DNA of 64,000 nt from an uncultured Gemmatimonadales bacterium (GTDB lineage Bacteria; Gemmatimonadota; Gemmatimonadetes; Longimicrobiales; RSA9), in NCBI GenBank assembly GCA_963798085.1, contig CAWCRS010000007.1:1536001-1600000 (forward strand). Direction: 5' to 3'. Shown here one piece after another: positions 31,322 through 39,814 of the stretch (the stretch's first letter is position 1; every line of letters begins with the position of its first letter). The notes beneath the pieces were generated by a model. That model saw only the letters and a program-made list of their open reading frames with translations, was not told the origin of the DNA and ran no database searches. The translations under genes were made by a program, and so were the position numbers.

Positions 31322-33091
31322 ATGACGGCACCCGACGCGAAACGGTTCGTCGCCATTGTGAACCCGACCTCGGGCGGGGGCGCTGGTGTACGCATGCCCG
31401 CCGAATTGCGGCGCGCCTTCGCGGAACGTGGCCTCGCGGTCGATCTTCAACTGACGGAACGATCCGGTCACGCCGTCGACCTGGCACGCAATGCCGCACT
31501 GCACGGCGTGCACGCGGTGGTCGCCGTGGGCGGTGATGGCACCGTGCACGAAGTGGCAAACGGGTTGCTCACCGCCCTCGAGCAGGAACCCGCCACGCCC
31601 ACCGTGCTCGGGCTCGTGCCGGTGGGCACAGGGAACGATTTCGTGAAGGTGATCGAGGGCACATCGCGACGGGATCGCGCGTACGACACGCTGGCCCGCG
31701 GCCTTGTGCAGCGCGTGGACGCCGGTTTCGCGTCATGGGATGGGAGCAGCGAGTATTTCGTCAATGCGGCAGGCACGGGAATCGACGTGGAAGTGGTGCG
31801 CGTTCTGGGCGCCCACCGCGGGACACGTGGCGCCCTGGCGTACGTGCTCGCACTGCTCGAGGCACTCCGCCGCTATCGGCACGTGCCCCTGCGCCTGGAA
31901 GCGGATGGCCACGTGATCGATCGCCCGGTAATGACCGTCGCCATTGCCAACGGCCGCTGCATCGGCGGCACCTTTCGCATCTGCCCCGATGCCAGTCCCG
32001 CCGACGGTCTCTTCGATGTGTGCGACATTGCCGGTCTGTCTTTGCTGCGCAGTCTGGCCACCGCCGCCCGCGTGATCCGCGGCACGCATACCGGGCTCGC
32101 TTGCGTGGACATGCGCCGCGCCCGCACCGTGACCATGACCGTGCCGGCAGACACGCAGCTGTTCTTCCAGCTGGATGGCGAGCTGCGCGAGCCGGCCAGC
32201 GCGCGCACACTGCGTCTCGAGATCCGCGCGGGGGCGCTGCCCGTTCTCGCGACGCCCGCACCCGGGGCGGGGCAGACGGGCACATTCTGCGAATCGAGCG
32301 GCGGCGCCGCACGCGCCATGAGCAACGCCTTTGCCGCCGCCCAAACGCGGTGTTTGGACGCTCCGCTGGCGCCGGGGCGCGCAGCGCCGCGCCGGCGGCA
32401 CGCCGTTGTCCGGCTCAGCGCCGGCATGGTGACGGCCGTCCTCGCCTGCAGCACACCGGCCCTCGCCCAGGCGCGCGCAGACTCCGCCCGCGCGGACTCG
32501 CTGCAGACGCCCGCGCGCAGGGACACCGCGCAACACAGCCTTTCGCCGCGCGGCGCGATGTTCCGGTCGTTCCTGATACCAGGCTGGGGACAGGGATCGG
32601 TGGGGTCCTACAAGCGCGGCGGCGTCTTCTTTGCCATCCAGGGCACGAGCTGGTACATGCTGCTGCGCACCATTGGCCGGCTCAATGACGTCAAGCACAC
32701 CGAGGCGAGGCTCGTGGCGGCGGCAGCCGATTCGCTCCAGGCACTGGCCGTGCGCGATAGCGTTTTCGCGATGCGCCTGGCCGACGATTCGCTGCACATT
32801 CTGCGCGACGATACGATTGCGGTGTTTCCTGGTGTCGCCACGGCAAGGAAGCTGATCGACGCGCGCAGCCAGCAGCGCCAGGACTGGATAACCTACACGC
32901 TCTTCTTCACGCTGATGTCGGGCGTGGACGCCTACGTGAACGCGCACCTGCGGAATTTTCCTACGACGATCCTCTCCGAAGTGCGGCGCGACGGCAGTGT
33001 ATCGTTCAGCGTGAAGCTGGCGCTTCCCCCCTGGCGGCCGCACTCTCCGTCCAGCGCTCCAGCGAGGGTGATCCCGACGCGTCAATGGTGA
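31322..33091 (+). CDS. Diacylglycerol kinase (YegS/DAGK) family domain read in frame into a DUF5683-like exported protein; probably two genes, the second starting near 32318
   Basis: NPTSGG, VGGDGTVHEV, GTGND and QLDGE, followed by a signal-like segment and SPRGAMFRSFLIPGWGQ. Confidence 0.72.
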   Translation: MTAPDAKRFVAIVNPTSGGGAGVRMPAELRRAFAERGLAVDLQLTERSGHAVDLARNAALHGVHAVVAVGGDGTVHEVANGLLTALEQEPATPTVLGLVPVGTGNDFVKVIEGTSRRDRAYDTLARGLVQRVDAGFASWDGSSEYFVNAAGTGIDVEVVRVLGAHRGTRGALAYVLALLEALRRYRHVPLRLEADGHVIDRPVMTVAIANGRCIGGTFRICPDASPADGLFDVCDIAGLSLLRSLATAARVIRGTHTGLACVDMRRARTVTMTVPADTQLFFQLDGELREPASARTLRLEIRAGALPVLATPAPGAGQTGTFCESSGGAARAMSNAFAAAQTRCLDAPLAPGRAAPRRRHAVVRLSAGMVTAVLACSTPALAQARADSARADSLQTPARRDTAQHSLSPRGAMFRSFLIPGWGQGSVGSYKRGGVFFAIQGTSWYMLLRTIGRLNDVKHTEARLVAAAADSLQALAVRDSVFAMRLADDSLHILRDDTIAVFPGVATARKLIDARSQQRQDWITYTLFFTLMSGVDAYVNAHLRNFPTTILSEVRRDGSVSFSVKLALPPWRPHSPSSAPARVIPTRQW

Positions 33092-33773
33092 TGTACGTGA
33101 AGTGACTGAGCCAGTCGCCGGCATTCATGTACCACCGGCGAGGCTCCACTTCGACGAGCGCGGGCACGTGCGAATGACCGCAGATCACCCACCCCAGTGA
33201 CAGATCCCTCGCCAGTTGCTCGCGGGACCAGCTCTCGATGAACGCGGCGCGCCCCCGCTGCTCCTCGTCCGGTTCGATCTTCGCTTCTGTGCTCGACACC
33301 GCGTGCGCCAGTTTCTGGCCCAGTTCCGGATGCAGCCAGCGGAACGCAGTGATCGCCGCGCGACTGCGAATGAACGCCTTGAGCATGCGATACTTCAGGT
33401 CGCCCTTGCCGAGCCCGTCACCGTGCGCCACCAGCGCCGGCCGGCCGCCAATCGTCATGCGGAAGGGATCCCAATGGAACGTGGCGCCCACCTCCTCACG
33501 CAGGAAGCGACCGCCCCAGGCGTCGTGATTGCCGCCCGCCAGCGTGACCGGAATGCCGGCATCGACCAGCCGGGAAAGCGCCGCCAGCACGCGATAATGC
33601 CGGCCCGGGATGATGGTGCCGTACTCGAACCAGAAGTCGAAAAGGTCACCCACCAGCAGGAGCGCGCTGCCGCTGCCGCCCACGTGCTCGAGCCAGCCGA
33701 CAAAGGCTCGTTCCGTTTCCGGTGGAACGGCACCCAGATGGATGTCCGACGCAATGTACTCGAAGCGGGGCAT
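33006..33773 (-). CDS. UDP-2,3-diacylglucosamine hydrolase-like metallophosphoesterase (LpxH-like)
   Basis: Motifs SDIHLG, GDLFDFW, GNHD, AHGD, GHSH and NAGDW. Confidence 0.85.
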   Translation of the reverse strand: MPRFEYIASDIHLGAVPPETERAFVGWLEHVGGSGSALLLVGDLFDFWFEYGTIIPGRHYRVLAALSRLVDAGIPVTLAGGNHDAWGGRFLREEVGATFHWDPFRMTIGGRPALVAHGDGLGKGDLKYRMLKAFIRSRAAITAFRWLHPELGQKLAHAVSSTEAKIEPDEEQRGRAAFIESWSREQLARDLSLGWVICGHSHVPALVEVEPRRWYMNAGDWLSHFTYITIDASGSPSLERWTESAAARGEAPASR

Positions 33774-33890
33774 CGCGCGAAGCTACGCCGCGGCAGAACA
33801 ATGCCACAAGAGTTGCAGGCGACGACGCTTGGCGGGGTCTCGGCGGCCCGGTTATTGTTAGCCGTGAACTCAACCCGCTGGAGCCGAGCC

Positions 33891-34902
33891 ATGGCTTCCG
33901 TCCAGTCGCCGGAACGCCCCGATACCGTGCAGGCGCCGGCCCCGAACGCACACGGGCCGCGTAATCCCGGTACGCCGCTCGAGCTCGACTGGGTGCGCGA
34001 TGTGCGCGTCAATCGCAGCGCCGTCGAACGCCGCGCCGGCACGAACGGCAAACGTCGCACGGTGAAGAAGGAATGGCAGGTGGCGTGGCTGCTGCGCGCC
34101 ATTACGCTGATCGACCTCACCACGCTTTCCGGCGACGACACCGAAGGCAACGTGCGCCGGCTCTGCGCCAAGGCCAAGCAGCCGGTGCGCGAAGACATTC
34201 TCGAAGGCCTGGGCGCCGCTGCGCTGCCCATTCGCGTGGGTGCCGTTTGCGTGTATCACGCATACGTCGCGCACCGCCGTGCAGGCGCTGCACGGATCCG
34301 GCATCCCCGTCGCCGCCGTTTCCACCGGTTTCCCCGCGGGACTGAATCCGTTCCCCCAGCGCATCGCCGAGATCCGCGCGTCCGTCGAAGCGGGCGCGGA
34401 GGAAATCGATATTGTGATAACACGCGCGCACGTTCTGCGTGGCGACTGGGAATCGCTGTACCACGAAGTGCGCGCGTTCCGTCAGGCCTGCGCGGATGCT
34501 CACATGAAGACCATCCTGGCCACGGGTGAGCTGGGCACATTGCGCAATGTCGCGCGCGCCAGCCTGGTCTGCATGATGGCGGGCGCCGACTTCATCAAGA
34601 CCAGCACGGGCAAGGAATCGGTGAACGCGAACCTGCCCGTGGGCCTGGTCATGGCGAGAATGATCCGTGCGTATCAGGAAGCGACGGGTGCACGCGTAGG
34701 CCTCAAGCCCGCCGGCGGCATCCGCACCGCGAAGCAGGCGCTCGAATGGCTGCTGCTCATGAAGGAAGAGCTGGGCGACGACTGGCTGCGACCGGCGCTC
34801 TTCCGCTTCGGCGCCAGCTCGCTGCTCGGTGACATCGAACGGCAGCTCGAGTTCCATCCGACAGGCCGTTATTCCGCCGCCTGGCGCCACCCGCTGGCCT
34901 GA
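33891..34902 (+). CDS. deoC: Deoxyribose-phosphate aldolase, with a frameshift near 34270
   Basis: IDLTTLSGDDT and AVCVY, then STGFP, EIDIVI, FIKTSTGK, KPAGGI and FRFGASSLL. Confidence 0.9.
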
Positions 34903-34903
34903 C

Positions 34904-37300
34904 ATGACGCGCGTCGCCGGAATCTTCGAGACCATGGAGTACGGGCCCGCTCCGGAAAGCGCCGCGCCCGTCATCGAATGGCTGGAACGCCAACAGCGTG
35001 TTACCCGCCTCTTCATCGGCGGGCGCTGGCTGGAACCGGCCGACGGGGAGTACTTCGAGACCGTCAATCCGGGCAATGCGCAGCCGCTTGCGCGTGTGGC
35101 GCAGGCCGGTCCGGCGGAAGTCGACGACGCCGTCGCCGCCGCCCGCGCCGCGTTGCCTGCCTGGCAGGCCCTGAACGGACACCAGCGCGCACGCTGGCTG
35201 TACGCCATCGCCCGCCACCTGCAGAAGCACGCCCGCTTCTTCGCTGTTCTGGAATCGCTCGACAACGGCAAGCCCATCCGCGAGTCCCGCGACATCGACA
35301 TCCCGCTGGTGGCACGCCACTTCTACCACCACGCCGGCTGGGCCCAATTGCTGACAGAGGAGTTCGCAGGGTACACCGCCGTCGGGGTCGTCGGCCAGAT
35401 CATTCCCTGGAACTTCCCGCTGCTCATGCTGGCGTGGAAGATCGCGCCTGCGCTCGCGGCCGGTAACACCGTTGTTCTGAAGCCCGCCGAGTTCACGTCG
35501 CTCACTGCGCTGCGCTTCGCCGAACTGTGCCAGGACATCGGCCTGCCCGCCGGCGTGGTCAACGTCATTACCGGCGATGGTCGCGCAGGCGAGCTCCTGG
35601 TGAACCACCCCGATGTCGACAAGATCGCCTTCACCGGCTCCACCGAAGTGGGGCGCATCATTCGCACGGCCACGGCCGGCAGCGGCAAGAGGCTGTCGCT
35701 CGAGCTGGGCGGCAAGTCGCCCTTCATTGTGTACGACGATGCGGACCTGGACAGCGTGGTGGAAGGCGTGGTCGATGCCATCTGGTTCAATCAGGGACAG
35801 GTGTGCTGCGCCGGCTCGCGCATCCTCGCGCAGGAAGGCATCGCCGAACGCCTGACGGCAAAGCTCAAGGCGAGGATGGAACGGCTGCGCATGGGCGACC
35901 CGCTCGACAAGGCAGTCGACATTGGCGCCATCATCGCGCCTGTGCAGCTGCGTCGCATCGAGGAGCTGGTGCGCACAGGAGAAGCCGAAGGCGCCGCCAT
36001 CTGGCAGCCAGCATGGAGTCAGCCGCGCGAAGGTTACTTCTTCCCGCCCACGCTCTGTACCGATGTCTCGCCGGCGGCCACCATCGCGCAGGTCGAGATC
36101 TTCGGACCCGTCGTCGTGCTCATGACGTTCCGCACGCCCGCCGAATCGGTCGAGCTCGCGAACAACACCCGCTACGGCCTGGCCGCCTCACTCTGGACCG
36201 AGAACGTCAACCTCGCACTCGACATTGCGCCGAAGATCAAGGCCGGCACGGTCTGGGTGAACTGCACCAACGTCTTCGATGCGGCCTCCGGCTTCGGCGG
36301 CTATCGCGAGAGCGGGTTCGGCCGCGAGGGCGGCCGCGAAGGCATGTGGGAATACCTGAAGCCGGAGTGGGAAACCAGGACGAACCACCCATCGTCGCCT
36401 GAAATCCAGCAGCCACAACCGGAGCCGACGACGGCGCGCCGAGATGGCGGCAGGGTGCCGCTGGACCGCACGCCCAAACTCTACATTGGCGGAACGCAGC
36501 AGCGCCCGGATCAGGGCTACAGCCGCGCCGTGCACGGCGCGCACGGACAGCATCTCGGCGAAGTGGGTCAGGGCAACCGCAAGGACATCCGTGACGCTGT
36601 GGAAGCAGCGCACGCGGCGAACCGCTGGGCCGCCGCCACGGCGCACAACCGGGCGCAGGTGCTCTACTACATTGCCGAGAATCTGTCCGCGCGGCGCAGT
36701 GATTTCGCCGCGCTGCTGGCGTCCATGTCGGGGAATGCGACGGCTGCAGGCGACGAAGTCGAGGCCGCGATCCGGCGCATCTTCACGTACGCCGCATACG
36801 CCGACAAATGGGACGGCGCCGTGCACCACACGCCCTTCCGCAATGTGACGCTGGCCATGCCCGAGCCGTTGGGTGTGCTCGGCATCATCTGCGCGGACGC
36901 CTGGCCGCTGCTCGGCTTCGTGTCGGCTGTGCTGCCCGCCGTGGCCATGGGTAACACCGTTGTCAGCGTGCCCTCGGAGCGCGCGCCCCTTGCCGCGACC
37001 GAGCTGTACCAGGTGCTGGACACGTCCGATGTGCCGGGCGGTGTAATAAACATCGTCACCGGCGCACGCGCCGAACTGGTATCCGTACTGGCTGCACACG
37101 ACGACGTGGATGGCATTTGGTATTTCGCGGAAGATGCGGGCGGCGCCGCCGCCGTGGAGCGGCTTTCCGCAGGCAACATGAAGCGCACATGGGTCGGCTA
37201 CGCCGGCCGTGACTGGAGCGACGACAGTCAGGCGCAAGGCCACGAATTCCTGCGCCGCGCCACGCAGATCAAGAACATCTGGATTCCGTACGGCGAGTGA
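34904..37300 (+). CDS. ALDH16-type aldehyde dehydrogenase (full ALDH plus a truncated second ALDH domain)
   Basis: Motifs PWNFP, FTGSTEVG, ELGGKSP, QVCCAG and EIFGPV, plus a second Rossmann-like repeat. Confidence 0.88.
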   Translation: MTRVAGIFETMEYGPAPESAAPVIEWLERQQRVTRLFIGGRWLEPADGEYFETVNPGNAQPLARVAQAGPAEVDDAVAAARAALPAWQALNGHQRARWLYAIARHLQKHARFFAVLESLDNGKPIRESRDIDIPLVARHFYHHAGWAQLLTEEFAGYTAVGVVGQIIPWNFPLLMLAWKIAPALAAGNTVVLKPAEFTSLTALRFAELCQDIGLPAGVVNVITGDGRAGELLVNHPDVDKIAFTGSTEVGRIIRTATAGSGKRLSLELGGKSPFIVYDDADLDSVVEGVVDAIWFNQGQVCCAGSRILAQEGIAERLTAKLKARMERLRMGDPLDKAVDIGAIIAPVQLRRIEELVRTGEAEGAAIWQPAWSQPREGYFFPPTLCTDVSPAATIAQVEIFGPVVVLMTFRTPAESVELANNTRYGLAASLWTENVNLALDIAPKIKAGTVWVNCTNVFDAASGFGGYRESGFGREGGREGMWEYLKPEWETRTNHPSSPEIQQPQPEPTTARRDGGRVPLDRTPKLYIGGTQQRPDQGYSRAVHGAHGQHLGEVGQGNRKDIRDAVEAAHAANRWAAATAHNRAQVLYYIAENLSARRSDFAALLASMSGNATAAGDEVEAAIRRIFTYAAYADKWDGAVHHTPFRNVTLAMPEPLGVLGIICADAWPLLGFVSAVLPAVAMGNTVVSVPSERAPLAATELYQVLDTSDVPGGVINIVTGARAELVSVLAAHDDVDGIWYFAEDAGGAAAVERLSAGNMKRTWVGYAGRDWSDDSQAQGHEFLRRATQIKNIWIPYGE

Positions 37301-37716
37301 ACGGTCGCGCGTGTATCTCCGAAGTACGCGTACGGTATGCCGAGACCGACCAGATGGGTGTTGTCTATCATGCGCATTACCTGGTCTGGTGTGAGATCGG
37401 CCGCACGGACTACATCCGCCAGCTGGGACTGCCGTACGCCACTCTCGAGCGCGACGGACTGCGCCTGGCCGTGGCCGAGGCCACGGTGCGCTACGCGGCA
37501 CCCGCCCGGTATGACGATATCGTGCACATTCACACGCGCCTGGAGCGCGTCCAGTCGCGCATTGTAACCTTCGGTTATGAGCTGCTCCGTATGGATCCCG
37601 GCGCGCCCGTGCGCATCGCCACTGCGGCCACCCGCCTGATCGCGCTGGATGCAGGGGGCGGAACGCGCACATTGCCGGAAGCACTCGTGCAGAGGTTCCG
37701 TGAGAAGCTGGCGTAG
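37297..37716 (+). CDS. YbgC/FadM acyl-CoA thioesterase
   Basis: VRVRYAETDQMGVVYHA motif. Confidence 0.9.
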   Translation: MNGRACISEVRVRYAETDQMGVVYHAHYLVWCEIGRTDYIRQLGLPYATLERDGLRLAVAEATVRYAAPARYDDIVHIHTRLERVQSRIVTFGYELLRMDPGAPVRIATAATRLIALDAGGGTRTLPEALVQRFREKLA

Positions 37717-39814
37717 CCAGCCGGGGTTGTTCCTGCTGCTGGCGGCCGCCTGCGCCGGTTACGCGCCGCCTCCCGCCGTGGCGCCGCCACCGCCGGCACC
37801 CGATAACAGGGTGCTTCGCCCGGCAACCGTCGTGCTCTCGGAGGCCGAGATCCGTGCCGTGGCCGAGCTGATGCAGCTGGAGGACCAGCGTCTGCTGGAT
37901 TCGGCCCGCGTGGCGGAGCTGCTGCACCACTGGAGTCCGGAAGTGCGCCGCCGCGCCGCGCTGACCGCGGGCCGTGTGGGCGATCATCGGGCCACACCAC
38001 TGCTGCGCGAGGCGCTCTCGGATACGTTGCAATCGGTGGCGGTCGAGGCCGCGTTCGCACTGGGCAAACTGGGCGACACCTCCGCCGTCGCCCTCACTGC
38101 CCTCGCCGATGCCCTGCCGCTGCACCCGGATGACTCGGTGGGCGTCGAAATCGTGACGGCGCTCGCCAAACTGGGCACGGGCCGCGCATTCAATCTGCTT
38201 AATGCGGAGTTAGGAGAAGCGCGGTCAGGCGCGACGGCCCGCGTGCTGAACCTGGCCCGCCGGGAGGCGCTGCTGCAGCTCTGGCGCTTCTCCAGCGCGG
38301 GCCAGGTGCTGAATGCGGTGACACCCTGGCTGAGCCATGCCGATGCCGATGTGCGCTGGCGTGCGGCCTACGCCATGGTGCGGGGCGGCATGCCGGGCGC
38401 CGCGCCACACCTTCTGCGCCTCGTGAAGGACGCGAACGCGGACGTGCGCGGGCTCGCGCTGCGCGGGTTGCGACCCACCGCCACGGACTCATCGCTGGTC
38501 CGACCGGAAGCCCGCGCCGCCCTCACCGGAGCGCTGCACGATGCGGAACCGCACGTGCGCATCAACGCGCTGAGCATGCTCGCTGGCTACCGCGACACGG
38601 GTGTTGCGGATTCCGTCGCGAGACTGCTCCACGATGCCGATGCCAATGTGCAGCTGGCTGCTGCGCAGGCACTGGGAACGCTGCGCGAGCCCGGCGCCGC
38701 CTCCGACCTTTCCGCCGTCGCGGCGGATAACGTCCGGAGGTTCGGTGTGCGGGCCGCGGCGCTCACCGCGCTCATGGCTGTCGATGCGCGGGCCGGAACC
38801 GCGGAGGCCCGGCGCTGGGCTTCCAGCACGCGCTGGCTGGCACGGTGGTACGCGGCGCGTACGCTGGGCGCGGGCCGCTGGCCCGAAACACAGGAATCCC
38901 TCGGCGGGCTCGCTACCGATGCCGATGCGCGGGTAGCCCGCGCTGCCCTGGGAGCGGTTCCGCGGGCGGCGGACACCACCGCAGAGGCCTACGCGTTCTA
39001 TCTCCAGGGCCTGCGTGCGCGCGATCCGGGCGTGCGCGCTGCCGCCATCGCGGGTATCGGCCGGCGACACGCGGCGGAGAATCTGCCGGCCCTCATGGAT
39101 GCGTACGACCGGGCACAGCAGGATTCCGTTCCCGATGCGGCCATTGCGGCCGTGGACGCGCTGGCCCAACTGAGTCAGGCAGGCGTGCCGGTAGAGAATG
39201 CGTTCTTCGCCCGCTTCCCGGCGCCGTCGAATCCACAGCTGCGCCGGCGCATCGAAACGCGGTTCCGCCGCAAGCTCCCCGGCGAGAACGCCGAGCCGGA
39301 GCGGCATGGCGCCGCGTGGTACGAGAACATCGTGCGCACACTCGTCGCTCCGGTGCTCGCAGGCCAGCCCGCGCCACGGCTGCGCCTCGTCACCGAGCAG
39401 GGCGAAATAACAGTCGAGCTCGCTGCGGCGGACGCCCCACTCACGGTCGACAACATCATCACACTCGTGGAACGCGGATACTTCGACCCCGGCAATGATC
39501 CTGACTCGCGACGCTGGCACCGCGTGGTGCCCAACTTCGTGCTGCAGGACGGAGATCCACGTGGCGATGGTGGTGGCGGGCCGGGATACGCCATACGCGA
39601 CGAGATCAATCGCCGGCGCTACGAGCGCGGTGTGCTCGGAATGGCGCTTTCCGGACCGGACACGGGCGGCAGCCAGTTCTTCATCACCCACTCGCCGCAA
39701 CCACATCTGGACGGCGGGTATACGATATTCGGCCGGGTGGTGAGCGGCATGGACGTGGCGGATCGGGTCGTGCAGGATGACCGCATTTCCCGCATGGAGA
39801 TCATACGGCCATGA
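37700..39814 (+). CDS. Lipoprotein with HEAT repeats and a C-terminal cyclophilin-type PPIase
   Basis: Lipobox LAAAC, repeated VRxxAAxAL, HRVVPNFVLQDGDP and DTGGSQFFIT. Confidence 0.85.
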   Translation: MRSWRSQPGLFLLLAAACAGYAPPPAVAPPPPAPDNRVLRPATVVLSEAEIRAVAELMQLEDQRLLDSARVAELLHHWSPEVRRRAALTAGRVGDHRATPLLREALSDTLQSVAVEAAFALGKLGDTSAVALTALADALPLHPDDSVGVEIVTALAKLGTGRAFNLLNAELGEARSGATARVLNLARREALLQLWRFSSAGQVLNAVTPWLSHADADVRWRAAYAMVRGGMPGAAPHLLRLVKDANADVRGLALRGLRPTATDSSLVRPEARAALTGALHDAEPHVRINALSMLAGYRDTGVADSVARLLHDADANVQLAAAQALGTLREPGAASDLSAVAADNVRRFGVRAAALTALMAVDARAGTAEARRWASSTRWLARWYAARTLGAGRWPETQESLGGLATDADARVARAALGAVPRAADTTAEAYAFYLQGLRARDPGVRAAAIAGIGRRHAAENLPALMDAYDRAQQDSVPDAAIAAVDALAQLSQAGVPVENAFFARFPAPSNPQLRRRIETRFRRKLPGENAEPERHGAAWYENIVRTLVAPVLAGQPAPRLRLVTEQGEITVELAAADAPLTVDNIITLVERGYFDPGNDPDSRRWHRVVPNFVLQDGDPRGDGGGGPGYAIRDEINRRRYERGVLGMALSGPDTGGSQFFITHSPQPHLDGGYTIFGRVVSGMDVADRVVQDDRISRMEIIRP

